The notes below the pieces were generated by a model. It searched no databases and had not been told where the DNA came from. It was given only the letters and a program-made list of their open reading frames with translations. Shown here in pieces: positions 7,661 through 17,017 of a stretch of DNA of 64,000 nt; positions within the stretch are counted from its first letter, which is position 1, and every line of letters begins with the position of its first letter. This DNA is from an uncultured Gammaproteobacteria bacterium (GTDB lineage: Bacteria > Cyanobacteriota > Vampirovibrionia > LMEP-6097): contig CAZFCF010000010.1 of NCBI GenBank assembly GCA_964517685.1, positions 6,624 through 70,623 of the forward strand, given 5' to 3'. A program made the translations under genes and the position numbers.

Positions 7661-8986
7661 TTACATCCACTCCGGTAGTGAATCCTTCGCAACCAAATCC
7701 TCATTCGTCTCTCTTTGAATGATTACAGAACTTTTACCATTATTAACCATCACCATTGCTGGTCTTGGAACACGATTATAGTTAGAAGACATACTATAGT
7801 TATATGCTCCTGTAGAATAGACTACTAAACGATCACCAGGATTAGCTTCTGGCAATTCTACATCTTTAATTAGAACATCTCCAGATTCACAGTATCTACC
7901 AGCAATAGTTACTGTTTCTTTTTTACTTTGTTTAGTTTTAGCATCCAGCTCTGTTAAATATTTAGCTTGGTACATGATAGGACGAGTATTGTCTGCCATA
8001 CCACCATCTACTGCAACATACTTTCTGATGCCTTCGATATTCTTGATATTGCCCACAGTATAGACCGTAGCTCCAGCGGGACCAACTAAACTTCTACCAG
8101 GCTCAATCATAATCACTGGCTGCTTTAGAGAGAACTCTTGAGCATATTTTTTAATCGCTTCACAAATCACTCCAACCCAAGCTTCGATCTCAGGCGGATC
8201 ATCACTCTCTAGATATTTAATACCAAGACCACCACCAACATTAATAAGTTCAAACTCAAGATCATATTTATCTTTGATTTGTTTATAGCGCTCAAGTAAA
8301 ACTCTGCAAACATCTTTATGTGGAATTGTTTCGAATATTTGTGAACCGATGTGAGCATGTAAACCACGGATAGTAATAGACTTTAAAGCTAATAAAGCTT
8401 GGATAACTTTATCCACATCTTCTAAATTAAAACCAAATTTACTATCAATCTTGCCGGTCTTAATGTACTCATGAGTATGGCATTCAATCCCTGGTGTAAT
8501 TCTGATCAGGACTTTAACATCACAATTTTTGGTTTTAAGATACTGGCTAATTAAATCAATATCTCTAAAGCTATCTACAACAATAGTTACTTGATTTTCT
8601 ATAGACATAGAAATTTCTTCGTAGCTTTTATTATTGCCATGGAAAATAATTTTACTTGCAGGGAATTTCACTGAAAGCGCAGTGTACAACTCGCCACCAC
8701 TGACAACATCAAGCCCAATGTTTTCTGATTGCATTAATTTACAAACTGCTTGGCAATTCAAAGCCTTGCTTGCATAAACTATTTCATAAGCTGTATTGGT
8801 TTTCTCAAAACCACGCTTGTAAGCTTTGATACGCTCTCTAATAGTCTGCTCACAGAGTACATATAAAGGAGTGCCATATTTCTTTGCCAGATCTTCAACA
8901 AAAATCCCTCCTAGGGAGATTTTGTTTTCAGGATTTACAGTATATGAAACTGGTTTGACTTGGTTAATAGTAAGCTCTTCGATCAC
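7661..8986 (-). CDS. lysA: diaminopimelate decarboxylase
   Basis: PLP-dependent Orn/DAP/Arg decarboxylase blocks: YASKA, HAHIGSQ, NVGGGLGI, CESGD. Confidence 0.95.
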   Translation of the reverse strand: MIEELTINQVKPVSYTVNPENKISLGGIFVEDLAKKYGTPLYVLCEQTIRERIKAYKRGFEKTNTAYEIVYASKALNCQAVCKLMQSENIGLDVVSGGELYTALSVKFPASKIIFHGNNKSYEEISMSIENQVTIVVDSFRDIDLISQYLKTKNCDVKVLIRITPGIECHTHEYIKTGKIDSKFGFNLEDVDKVIQALLALKSITIRGLHAHIGSQIFETIPHKDVCRVLLERYKQIKDKYDLEFELINVGGGLGIKYLESDDPPEIEAWVGVICEAIKKYAQEFSLKQPVIMIEPGRSLVGPAGATVYTVGNIKNIEGIRKYVAVDGGMADNTRPIMYQAKYLTELDAKTKQSKKETVTIAGRYCESGDVLIKDVELPEANPGDRLVVYSTGAYNYSMSSNYNRVPRPAMVMVNNGKSSVIIQRETNEDLVAKDSLPEWM

Positions 8987-9021
8987 AGAAAAGTATTGTA
9001 GCAGGCTATTATAGAAGAGAG

Positions 9022-10686
9022 ATGAAGATTTTCCTCGGACAAATCAATCCAAAAATTGGTGATATCAATGGCAATTCCAAAAAGATTTTGGAATTCTGCT
9101 TTACAGCAAAAGCACAAGGCGCAAACCTAGCTGTTTTCCCGGAAATGAGCCTTATTGGCTATCCACCAAAAGATCTCATCCTCAAACCTGAATTATACGA
9201 AAAACAGAATCAAGCTTTAGAAATAATTGCCAAAGAAAGCACAGCAAACTTTGGAATAATTCTTGGTGGTATCTCTCCAAATCCTAAATATGGCAAAAGA
9301 CTTTTTAATTCAATTTTTTGTTTGGCTAATGGGAAGCTAGAATCCACTGCTCATAAAACCCTGCTTCCAAGTTATGACGTCTTTGATGAGACTAGATATT
9401 TTGAAGCTGCTAAGGAAAGTTCTGTTTGGGATTTTATGGGGTATAAAATTGGACTTTCAATCTGTGAAGATATTTGGATAGAAGAATTAGATAATCTCTA
9501 CAGTAAAGATCCAATCACTGAGCTGATTTCAAAAGATGCAGATTTTATCATCAATTGCTCTGCTTCGCCATATAGCTTTCATAAACCATTGATTCGCAAA
9601 GATATGATTGCGAAAATTTCTAAGAAATTTTCGCTGCCAATAATTTATGTAAACCAAGTAGGAGCCAATGATGAATTAATTTTTGATGGTGCCTCTCTGG
9701 TGTTTAATAAACAAGCAAACCTAGTTAGCAAGCTCAAATCATTTGCTGAAGACCATGCAACTATTGATTTAAATGAAATTGAGAATCTTCCTGCAATAGC
9801 GACAACAGAGCGTGGCAAAGAAAATATTTTCAGCATTATTGATGATATAAATTCAAGTAGTGCAGCAGAACTTGAATCTGCTTTAGTACTGGGATTGCAG
9901 GACTATATTTATAAATGTGGTTTTTCTAAAATAGTCTTGGGACTATCTGGCGGTGTAGACTCCGCTCTAGTAGCTTATTTTGCAGCCAAAGCCCTAGGTA
10001 AAGAAAATGTTTATGCTTATATGCTGCCTTCAGAATTTACCTCTAAAGAAAGCTTTGATGATGCAGAAGCTCTTGCTAAAAATCTAGGTATTAATTATCA
10101 AATAGTTAGTATCGCCAAACTGCACAATGAATTACGGACCGTGATCCCAGATTTAAATAATTTGGTTGATGAAAATTTACAACCAAGAATCAGAGCAAGC
10201 ATATTAATGGCTTTCGCCAACTCTTTACATGCTCTACTACTTTCTACTAGTAATAAATCAGAAATTGCCGTAGGTTACTCGACACTTTATGGCGATAGCT
10301 GTGGGGCACTTGCAGTAATTGGCGATCTACTGAAAACCACTATTTATAAGCTTTGTGACTATATCAATCGAGACAGCGAAATTATTCCTGTTAATATTCT
10401 CAAAAAAGCTCCTAGTGCCGAACTGAGACACGGTCAAAAAGATAGTGACTCACTTCCAGATTATGAAATCTTAGATAAAATAATTCTTCTTTATGTTCAA
10501 GAGTTAAAATCTTTGGAAGAAATAGTAGCTTATGGCTTTGAGGAATCGGTTGTTATGAAAGTTCTTAATATGATCGATAGAGCAGAATATAAACGCCAAC
10601 AAGCACCGCCTATACTCAAAGTAGCCAGCAAAGCCTTCGGTATAGGACGTCGCATGCCAATCGCTCAAGGATTCAAGAATGGATAA
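9022..10686 (+). CDS. nadE: glutamine-dependent NAD+ synthetase
   Basis: N-terminal CN-hydrolase domain (FPEMSLIGYPP, CED). C-terminal NAD synthetase SGGVDS P-loop. Confidence 0.95.
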   Translation: MKIFLGQINPKIGDINGNSKKILEFCFTAKAQGANLAVFPEMSLIGYPPKDLILKPELYEKQNQALEIIAKESTANFGIILGGISPNPKYGKRLFNSIFCLANGKLESTAHKTLLPSYDVFDETRYFEAAKESSVWDFMGYKIGLSICEDIWIEELDNLYSKDPITELISKDADFIINCSASPYSFHKPLIRKDMIAKISKKFSLPIIYVNQVGANDELIFDGASLVFNKQANLVSKLKSFAEDHATIDLNEIENLPAIATTERGKENIFSIIDDINSSSAAELESALVLGLQDYIYKCGFSKIVLGLSGGVDSALVAYFAAKALGKENVYAYMLPSEFTSKESFDDAEALAKNLGINYQIVSIAKLHNELRTVIPDLNNLVDENLQPRIRASILMAFANSLHALLLSTSNKSEIAVGYSTLYGDSCGALAVIGDLLKTTIYKLCDYINRDSEIIPVNILKKAPSAELRHGQKDSDSLPDYEILDKIILLYVQELKSLEEIVAYGFEESVVMKVLNMIDRAEYKRQQAPPILKVASKAFGIGRRMPIAQGFKNG

Positions 10687-11464
10687 AGTCAAACTCGGAC
10701 AAATTAATTTTATAAATTGCTTGCCAATCAATTTACCATTTGCAGACGAAGGGAATGAGGTCTTTGAAATCATTCAAGGTCACCCCACCCAAATCAATGA
10801 ACTCCTACGCAAAGGAGAAATCGACCTAGCTCCAATCTCCTCATATGAATATCTTTCAAACCCTGATCAATACGAGATCTTAGAAGGAATCTCAATTAGC
10901 AGCAAAACTCAAGCAGATAGTGTTTTAGTTTTTGCAAACAGCGAAGAAGAAATTCAAAACACCAAAGAAATTTTTATCACTGATAAAAGTGCGACATCGG
11001 TAAATTTATTGAAAATTATTCTTGAGAAAAAATTCAAGCGTGATCTAACTACAATCAAATTTACTAGCTTTACTAAGAATTCTTCTGAATACTCTGTCAA
11101 ACTATTAATTGGTGATGAGGCTCTCAAAGAAGCTCAGCAAAACAATTACAAATATATTCTGGACTTAGGTACAGCTTGGTATGAACTAACTAATTTACCA
11201 ATGATTTTTGCTCTCTGGTGTTTCAATAAGGATTCAACTGCCATTGAACACTATGATGAAATCCAAACTCTTATACTTGCAGCTCGTGATCTAGGATTAA
11301 GTGAAATGTTACCCGATGTAATTGTCGAAGCTTATAAACAAACTGGCTTACCAAAAGCAACTTTAGCCAAATATTTTCAAAATCTTGATTATGATTTCAC
11401 GGACAAACATGAAGAAAGCTTAGAACTATTTTCAAGCTATCTTAAATTCCCATTGAAGCTATAA
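10679..11464 (+). CDS. mqnA: chorismate dehydratase (futalosine pathway MqnA)
   Basis: KLGQINFINCLP N-terminus and an overall MqnA/MqnD-like periplasmic-binding-protein pattern. Overlaps the nadE stop by 8 nt. Confidence 0.65.
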   Translation: MDKVKLGQINFINCLPINLPFADEGNEVFEIIQGHPTQINELLRKGEIDLAPISSYEYLSNPDQYEILEGISISSKTQADSVLVFANSEEEIQNTKEIFITDKSATSVNLLKIILEKKFKRDLTTIKFTSFTKNSSEYSVKLLIGDEALKEAQQNNYKYILDLGTAWYELTNLPMIFALWCFNKDSTAIEHYDEIQTLILAARDLGLSEMLPDVIVEAYKQTGLPKATLAKYFQNLDYDFTDKHEESLELFSSYLKFPLKL

Positions 11465-11476
11465 ATCCAATTTACC

Positions 11477-11524
11477 TATGATTTTTGCCAAATTTGGCAA
11501 AATTATGGTATGATTTTTGCCAAA
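11477..11524 (+). promoter_or_regulatory. operator-like repeats upstream of the DUF4143 ATPase gene
   Basis: Direct repeat TATGATTTTTGCCAAA at 11477-11492 and 11509-11524. Perfect 18-nt palindrome TTTGCCAAATTTGGCAAA at 11484-11501. Confidence 0.4.
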
Positions 11525-11545
11525 AGGGTATAAAAATCAAAGGTA

Positions 11546-12940
11546 ATGTATCGTTTTATAGAGAAATCCCTCAAAAACTGGCAGGAAAGTAAAAAGCCAA
11601 ATCCAATACTTTTAAGAGGCGCACGCCAAGTTGGCAAAACCTACATTATAGAAAAATTTGCCAAAGAAAATTTTTCTAACTACATTTATATAAATTTTGA
11701 ATTTGAAGCTCATCTCAAAAATATTTTTATAGATTTAGATCCTGAAAAAATTAGCACAAGAATATTTCAAGAATTAAAACAAAAACTTATACCAGGACAG
11801 ACTTTAGTTTTCCTTGATGAAATTCAAGAATGTCCAGAAGCAATTTTGGCAATGAGATATTTTTACGAGAGAATGCCTGGCTTGCATATCATCGGAGCAG
11901 GCTCACTTCTAGAATTTCTTTTAAACTCAGGCAAAATTTCAATCCCTGTAGGAAGAATTGATTTTTTATTTCTGGGACCAATGTCTTTTTGTGAATTCTT
12001 ACTTGCTAACTACAGTAACGACCCAACAATACTCAATCAAATCAAATCCTTATCACTATTAGCTAAGCATGATGAATTTTTTCACAATAATCTACTTAAA
12101 CAAGTCAAAAAATATTTTTACGTAGGCGGTATGCCAGCAGTAGTAGATAAATATTTAAATACTCAGTCAGGATTAGTCGATCAAGCAGAATTAATTAACC
12201 AAGAATTAGCCAAAATCATCTATTCATATAGAAAAGATTTTGGTAAATATGCAAACCTTGCTAAACAAAAATACCTGGAAGCAGTTTTCATAAAAGCTTC
12301 CAAACAAATAGCAGAGAAATTTGTTTACAGTCAAATTGATAAAGAACTTAGTTCTAAAGAATTAAAAGTTGCATATGAATTATTACTAGAAGCTTTGGTA
12401 ATGCACAAAGTGTCAAGAACTAGCGCTGCTGGCTTACCTTTAGAAGCATATGCTTCAGCTAAACATTTCAAAAATATCTATTTAGATATCGGTATAGCAG
12501 CAAAGATTTTAGGAACTGATCAAAATATTCTTGATACAGCACTTAAAGAAGATGATTTTCATTCTATTGCACAAGGTCCATTAACAGAACAATTTGTGGG
12601 ACAAGAACTTTTAGTAAGGCAGCCATTTTATGAAGAAGCCAAAATCTATTATTGGGCAAGAGATGTAATAAATAGTTCTGCAGAAGTAGACTACGTGATA
12701 AACCATAATTTACAAATCTATCCTATAGAAGTTAAAGCAGGAGTCAGTGGCAAACTTAAAAGCTTACGTATGTTTTTAGAAGAATACAAAGCACCTTTTG
12801 GCATAAGAATTTCAACACGAAGACTTGCATATAGTGATGGGATTCTAGACGTACCACTTTATGCGATTCAAGAAATACCAAGATTTATTGACGAACTATT
12901 TCTTAATATTCACGATTTTTCACCCAAAAACCGTGAATAA
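11546..12940 (+). CDS. AAA-family ATPase with DUF4143-type C-terminal domain
   Basis: LLRGARQVGKT Walker A and VFLDEIQ Walker B. Same architecture as the paralog at 53074-54474. Confidence 0.8.
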   Translation: MYRFIEKSLKNWQESKKPNPILLRGARQVGKTYIIEKFAKENFSNYIYINFEFEAHLKNIFIDLDPEKISTRIFQELKQKLIPGQTLVFLDEIQECPEAILAMRYFYERMPGLHIIGAGSLLEFLLNSGKISIPVGRIDFLFLGPMSFCEFLLANYSNDPTILNQIKSLSLLAKHDEFFHNNLLKQVKKYFYVGGMPAVVDKYLNTQSGLVDQAELINQELAKIIYSYRKDFGKYANLAKQKYLEAVFIKASKQIAEKFVYSQIDKELSSKELKVAYELLLEALVMHKVSRTSAAGLPLEAYASAKHFKNIYLDIGIAAKILGTDQNILDTALKEDDFHSIAQGPLTEQFVGQELLVRQPFYEEAKIYYWARDVINSSAEVDYVINHNLQIYPIEVKAGVSGKLKSLRMFLEEYKAPFGIRISTRRLAYSDGILDVPLYAIQEIPRFIDELFLNIHDFSPKNRE

Positions 12941-12992
12941 ACCCCTAAAGTTACCCTTTATTCACGTTTTTTCAGCAAAAAACCGTGAATAA
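12907..12992 (+). promoter_or_regulatory. two tandem homologous hairpins / inverted repeats (TATTCACG-T5-6...A5-6-CGTGAATA)
   Basis: Hairpin 1 at 12907-12939 lies inside the last codons of the ATPase gene. Hairpin 2 at 12958-12992 ends 23 nt before the Fic start. No T-run follows either. Confidence 0.45.
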
Positions 12993-13014
12993 TATTTATA
13001 ATAGTAATTAAAGG

Positions 13015-13902
13015 ATGAGTATCAATCAGAGTCGAAAAAATTATATTCAGGAATTAAAATCCAAATTTGATAGCTTACGCCCAGGCAAAGAATCTTTACT
13101 AAGCATGATTGATGAAGCAGAAATTGCTGAAGCAGTTTATAACTCGAATGCCATAGAAAACTCAACTCTAACTCTTAAAGAGACAGAAAAAATTCTTCTT
13201 GAAATGGAAATTGAAAGAGATCTTTCTCTTAGAGAGGTTTATGAAGCAAAAAACCTTGCACGTGTAGTTAATTACATTCGCAATAAATCTCAAGACAAAG
13301 AATTAGATCAAGAAACTATTTTACTTTTACATCAGATGCTAATTGGTGGCATTGATGACAAAATTTCAGGGAGATTTCGCAAGAAGGGTGAGTATGTGCG
13401 TGTTGGCAGCTATATCGCTCCAGCACCAGAACTCATTGAAACAATGATGCAAGAAGCCATAGAAGAGTATAGAAATAGTTTTGATAAATATTTCATTGAT
13501 AAAATTGCTAAATTCCATCTTAGTTTTGAGCATATACATCCTTTCTGTGATGGGAATGGCAGAATGGGTAGAGCAATCATTAATTATCAATTTCAGCGTA
13601 TTGGTTTTCCGGGAATAATAATTCGCGACAAAGAGAAAGCTGATTACTATAGTTCCTTCCATGACTTTGATCAAAAAGGCAAAACCGAAAGACTAGAAAA
13701 AATCATTGCTCTTGCACTTATTGAATCATTTCATAAACGGCTTGCTTATTTAGAGAGCATGAAAATTATCACACTGAAAGATTATGCAAAGAAACATAAA
13801 AGTTCTGTCTCCGCAATTAGTAATGCTGCTAAAAGGCAGACAATACCTGCATTTCGTGAGAGAGGAGCTTGGAAGATAGGATATAGTGAAAAAACAAGAT
13901 GA
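13015..13902 (+). CDS. Fic family protein (class II, with intramolecular inhibitory motif)
   Basis: HPFCDGNGRMGR matches the Fic motif HxFx(D/E)GNGRxxR. N-terminal SNAIEN matches the (S/T)xxxE(G/N) inhibitory helix. Confidence 0.9.
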   Translation: MSINQSRKNYIQELKSKFDSLRPGKESLLSMIDEAEIAEAVYNSNAIENSTLTLKETEKILLEMEIERDLSLREVYEAKNLARVVNYIRNKSQDKELDQETILLLHQMLIGGIDDKISGRFRKKGEYVRVGSYIAPAPELIETMMQEAIEEYRNSFDKYFIDKIAKFHLSFEHIHPFCDGNGRMGRAIINYQFQRIGFPGIIIRDKEKADYYSSFHDFDQKGKTERLEKIIALALIESFHKRLAYLESMKIITLKDYAKKHKSSVSAISNAAKRQTIPAFRERGAWKIGYSEKTR

Positions 13903-15296
13903 GTAATATTGGCAAACATTTTATAGTAGGATTCCCAGATTCAGAAATGAATTCAGAGCTTGCTCATAAACTCAAGCAAATTAATCCAGCAGGAATAATT
14001 CTCTACGATATAAATTTCAAATCGCGCGAGCAAATTAAAAAACTTACAACCGACCTTAGAAATTTACTAGGGGCTGATCTAATCATTAGTACAGATGAAG
14101 AAGGCGGTAAAGTACAAAGGCTAAGAAGATTTGTTGATCCTTTGCCGAGTTTCAGAGCACTAGGTCGTCATTGCGAGTCATCGCGAGGAGCCGAAGGCAA
14201 CGTGGCGATCCAGTCCTTCACCCAAACCCTAAGCACCAACTTAGAAGACCTCGGCTTCAACCTTGCTTACAGCCCTTGTGCTGACTTGAATACAGAGCCT
14301 CTAAATCCAATCATTGGACCACGGAGTTTTGGTAGCAATCCTCAAGAAGTATCTCAGCAAGTAAAATCTTTTACCACTGAACTCAACAAGACTTCAATTA
14401 TCAGCTGTGCCAAACATTTCCCAGGACACGGAGCTAGTATCAGCGATTCCCATTTAGGTCTACCTAAAATTACTTACAAAAATTACCAAGAATTTGAAAA
14501 ACATCTTGAACCATTCAAAGCTGCTATAGAAGCGAAAGTAGATATGATAATGATCGCTCACTTAGCAATAGAAATTCTTGGTAATGATAGATTCGATTCA
14601 GAGAAGGACCTACCAACAAGCCTCTCTAAGAAATTCATTCAAGGTTTACTGCGCGAAGAGTTAGGTTTCCAAGGCTTGGTTGTCAGTGATGAAGTAACCA
14701 TGAAAGCTTTAGATCGTTTTGGTGATTGTACCGAAAGAGCAAAGCTTATGCTTGAAGCCGGCAACGATCTGATTACTTGGCATACGAATATTGATGCGGC
14801 ATTGGAAGCGGCAACGTCATTGCGAAATGATTTTACCGTCATTGCGAGCGAAGCGAAGCAATCCCCCTGCGCAAGGAGATTGCTTCGTCACTACGTTCCT
14901 CGCAATGACGCCGAGTCACTACTCCACATCGCCACCAACGCTATCGAAATAATTAATCCAATTCAAAAACTCAATCTAGAAAAAACTATTCTTCTTTATA
15001 ACAAACATCCCAAACTAGAAAGAGACATTATCGACAGAGTTTTTACCATGCCAAAAATGGAATTTAGCGCAGAAAAAAATTCTTGTGAATTTGCCTTAGA
15101 TAAATTTGAAAATATTTTAGTACTGGAATTTCAAACTGCACTCAACACACAACTTAACGATTACTTAGCTAAATTAAAATCTCAAAAATCAAACTGCACA
15201 ATAATCTCATGTGATATTCTCAGTCCTCATGTAGACATTAACCTTAATGGCTGTGGGGAACTGCATTTCACAGCCCTAAATTCAAAATTAAGCTAA
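13899..15296 (+). CDS. nagZ: beta-N-acetylhexosaminidase (GH3, NagZ-like)
   Basis: STDEEGGKVQR, KHFPGHG and VSDE blocks of GH3 NagZ. The start overlaps the Fic stop (ATGA). Confidence 0.85.
   Translation: MSNIGKHFIVGFPDSEMNSELAHKLKQINPAGIILYDINFKSREQIKKLTTDLRNLLGADLIISTDEEGGKVQRLRRFVDPLPSFRALGRHCESSRGAEGNVAIQSFTQTLSTNLEDLGFNLAYSPCADLNTEPLNPIIGPRSFGSNPQEVSQQVKSFTTELNKTSIISCAKHFPGHGASISDSHLGLPKITYKNYQEFEKHLEPFKAAIEAKVDMIMIAHLAIEILGNDRFDSEKDLPTSLSKKFIQGLLREELGFQGLVVSDEVTMKALDRFGDCTERAKLMLEAGNDLITWHTNIDAALEAATSLRNDFTVIASEAKQSPCARRLLRHYVPRNDAESLLHIATNAIEIINPIQKLNLEKTILLYNKHPKLERDIIDRVFTMPKMEFSAEKNSCEFALDKFENILVLEFQTALNTQLNDYLAKLKSQKSNCTIISCDILSPHVDINLNGCGELHFTALNSKLS
14164..14216. repeat. palindromic-element fragment inserted in frame in nagZ
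   Basis: GTCGTCATTGCGAGTCATCGCGAGGAGCCGAAGGCAACGTGGCGATCCAGTCC, translated as GRHCESSRGAEGNVAIQS. Confidence 0.7.
14838..14910. repeat. full palindromic element inserted in frame in nagZ
   Basis: GTCATTGCGAGCGAAGCGAAGCAATCC...GATTGCTTCGTC...CCTCGCAATGACG, translated as VIASEAKQSPCARRLLRHYVPRND. Confidence 0.85.
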
Positions 15297-15808
15297 TTGA
15301 CCTCAACAAGAGAAGGTTTTTCTGAAGGCATATCAGAGAACATTGGAATTCCAGCATGTGTCCCTCTAGATTTTTGTCCTGTTATTATCGCAGTAAAACT
15401 TTGCGAATAATTATTAGCAATAGTAAACATCCAATTACTAAAAGTATTAAGTATAGATCTTGTTTTTCTAAACTTCTCCAAAGCATTTGGATCTAATTTT
15501 GCAAGACTTTTTAAAATATTTTCTGAGATTGAAGCAAAGATACCACTTCTATTTAATATCTCTTGTGCTGCACTTATAAAACCATGACCATCTTTAGTAT
15601 CAACAATGGTAGCCACATTATCTTCACTAGAATATAGTACTTCTTTGGTACCAGGATTTACAGCTTCATTTATTGCCACCGCAAATCTTCTTGCATCTTT
15701 AAGAATAGGCTGAACATTTTCCCAATTTGTTTGATTATCAGCCAGGTTAATTTCATTAAATTCTCTAATCCTAGCTTGTAAATTTAATAATGCATCCGAT
15801 AACTTCAT
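15293..15808 (-). CDS. hypothetical protein
   Basis: ORF 15293..15835. The internal ATG at 15808 (MKLSDALL) is the likelier start. No domain recognised. Confidence 0.45.
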   Translation of the reverse strand: MKLSDALLNLQARIREFNEINLADNQTNWENVQPILKDARRFAVAINEAVNPGTKEVLYSSEDNVATIVDTKDGHGFISAAQEILNRSGIFASISENILKSLAKLDPNALEKFRKTRSILNTFSNWMFTIANNYSQSFTAIITGQKSRGTHAGIPMFSDMPSEKPSLVEVN

Positions 15809-15862
15809 ATGTAAAAAGATATAACACAATAACAAGAGATTCTGGGTTAAGAATTATTCCTA

Positions 15863-16987
15863 CTAACTATATCTCTTCATCGCATAATAAGTCTGCGCGC
15901 TTTGTATAAAGCCTGAAACTATCATGTAGAGCAGTGCTCCAGCTGGTAACGGAATAAAGAACATCATGATTGTCATCATCATTGGCATCATCGTTGACAT
16001 GCTTTTTTGCATAGCCATTTGTGGATCTTCTACTTCACCCGGCTTCAATTCTGCATGCTTAGGCGCGTTCAATGTCGTAGATAACCAAATACTAAAACCA
16101 AATAGAAGTACCAAAATCAAAATATCGAAATGGAAGGTTCCAGTATTTTTATCGAAGATTCCAGTAGCACCAAAATCTTTGATAAAGAAGAATGAATCAT
16201 CTTTCAGAGTCTGCGGTAAATTAGCTTCTACTTTTGCCGTAGCACCAGCCTTAGCAGCAACAATAGTCGCGGTACCATCTTCATGCACATCAAGCTTTGC
16301 AGCAGCATGCTCTTTAGCACCACCAAAGAATCCCCATTGAATATCCTTAGGATCAAAACTAGCTTCTCCCATAGTTCGTGAAGCTTTAAGAGTAAAATCT
16401 TCACCTTCAACTAAAGTAACTTTCTTCGCATTCAATGCGATACGCGCGCGCTTACCATCTTTATCTACAAAAATTTCACCATTGCTTGCAGGTTTAATTT
16501 GTTTTTTGTGTGATTCAGCTGCAGATACCACTTTCACCTCTACATAAATTGGCTTGGCTTGAAACGGTGGCCCTGAGAAGGTCCAAAAGAGTCCAAGTAA
16601 AATTGGCATCTGCACGAGAAGAGGCAAACAACCACCCAATGGATTAATTCCATTCTCTTTATAGAAGCCCATCATTTTTTGTTGGAATTCTAAACGAACT
16701 TGATTTTGCTTCGCTGGATCGTTTTTTAATTTCTCTTCAGTCTTTTTAAAATCTTCTTGTAATTTTTTTAATTTAGGTTGCACTACCATCATCTTTCTAG
16801 TGCTCTTCACTTGCTTAAAAGTAAGTGGAGTCATGACGATCTTTACAAAAGCAGTGAGAATGATAATTGACCAACCAAAACTATCTAAACCAAAGCTTCT
16901 AGTGAATTCGTGAATTGAATTCAATAAAGGAATAAAAATCGAATAAGTAATAGCAGATATATCCATAGGCAGCCTATAGTTTATCAA
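15863..16987 (-). CDS. yidC: membrane protein insertase YidC/Oxa1 family
   Basis: Conserved TM1 region with TPLTFKQ, plus KLQEDFK, NPLGGCLPLLVQMPI and a C-terminal TM bundle. Carries a long extra soluble loop. Confidence 0.85.
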   Translation of the reverse strand: MINYRLPMDISAITYSIFIPLLNSIHEFTRSFGLDSFGWSIIILTAFVKIVMTPLTFKQVKSTRKMMVVQPKLKKLQEDFKKTEEKLKNDPAKQNQVRLEFQQKMMGFYKENGINPLGGCLPLLVQMPILLGLFWTFSGPPFQAKPIYVEVKVVSAAESHKKQIKPASNGEIFVDKDGKRARIALNAKKVTLVEGEDFTLKASRTMGEASFDPKDIQWGFFGGAKEHAAAKLDVHEDGTATIVAAKAGATAKVEANLPQTLKDDSFFFIKDFGATGIFDKNTGTFHFDILILVLLFGFSIWLSTTLNAPKHAELKPGEVEDPQMAMQKSMSTMMPMMMTIMMFFIPLPAGALLYMIVSGFIQSAQTYYAMKRYS

Positions 16988-17017
16988 ACTTATAAAGAGA
17001 CGATCTTAAAACTCCAA

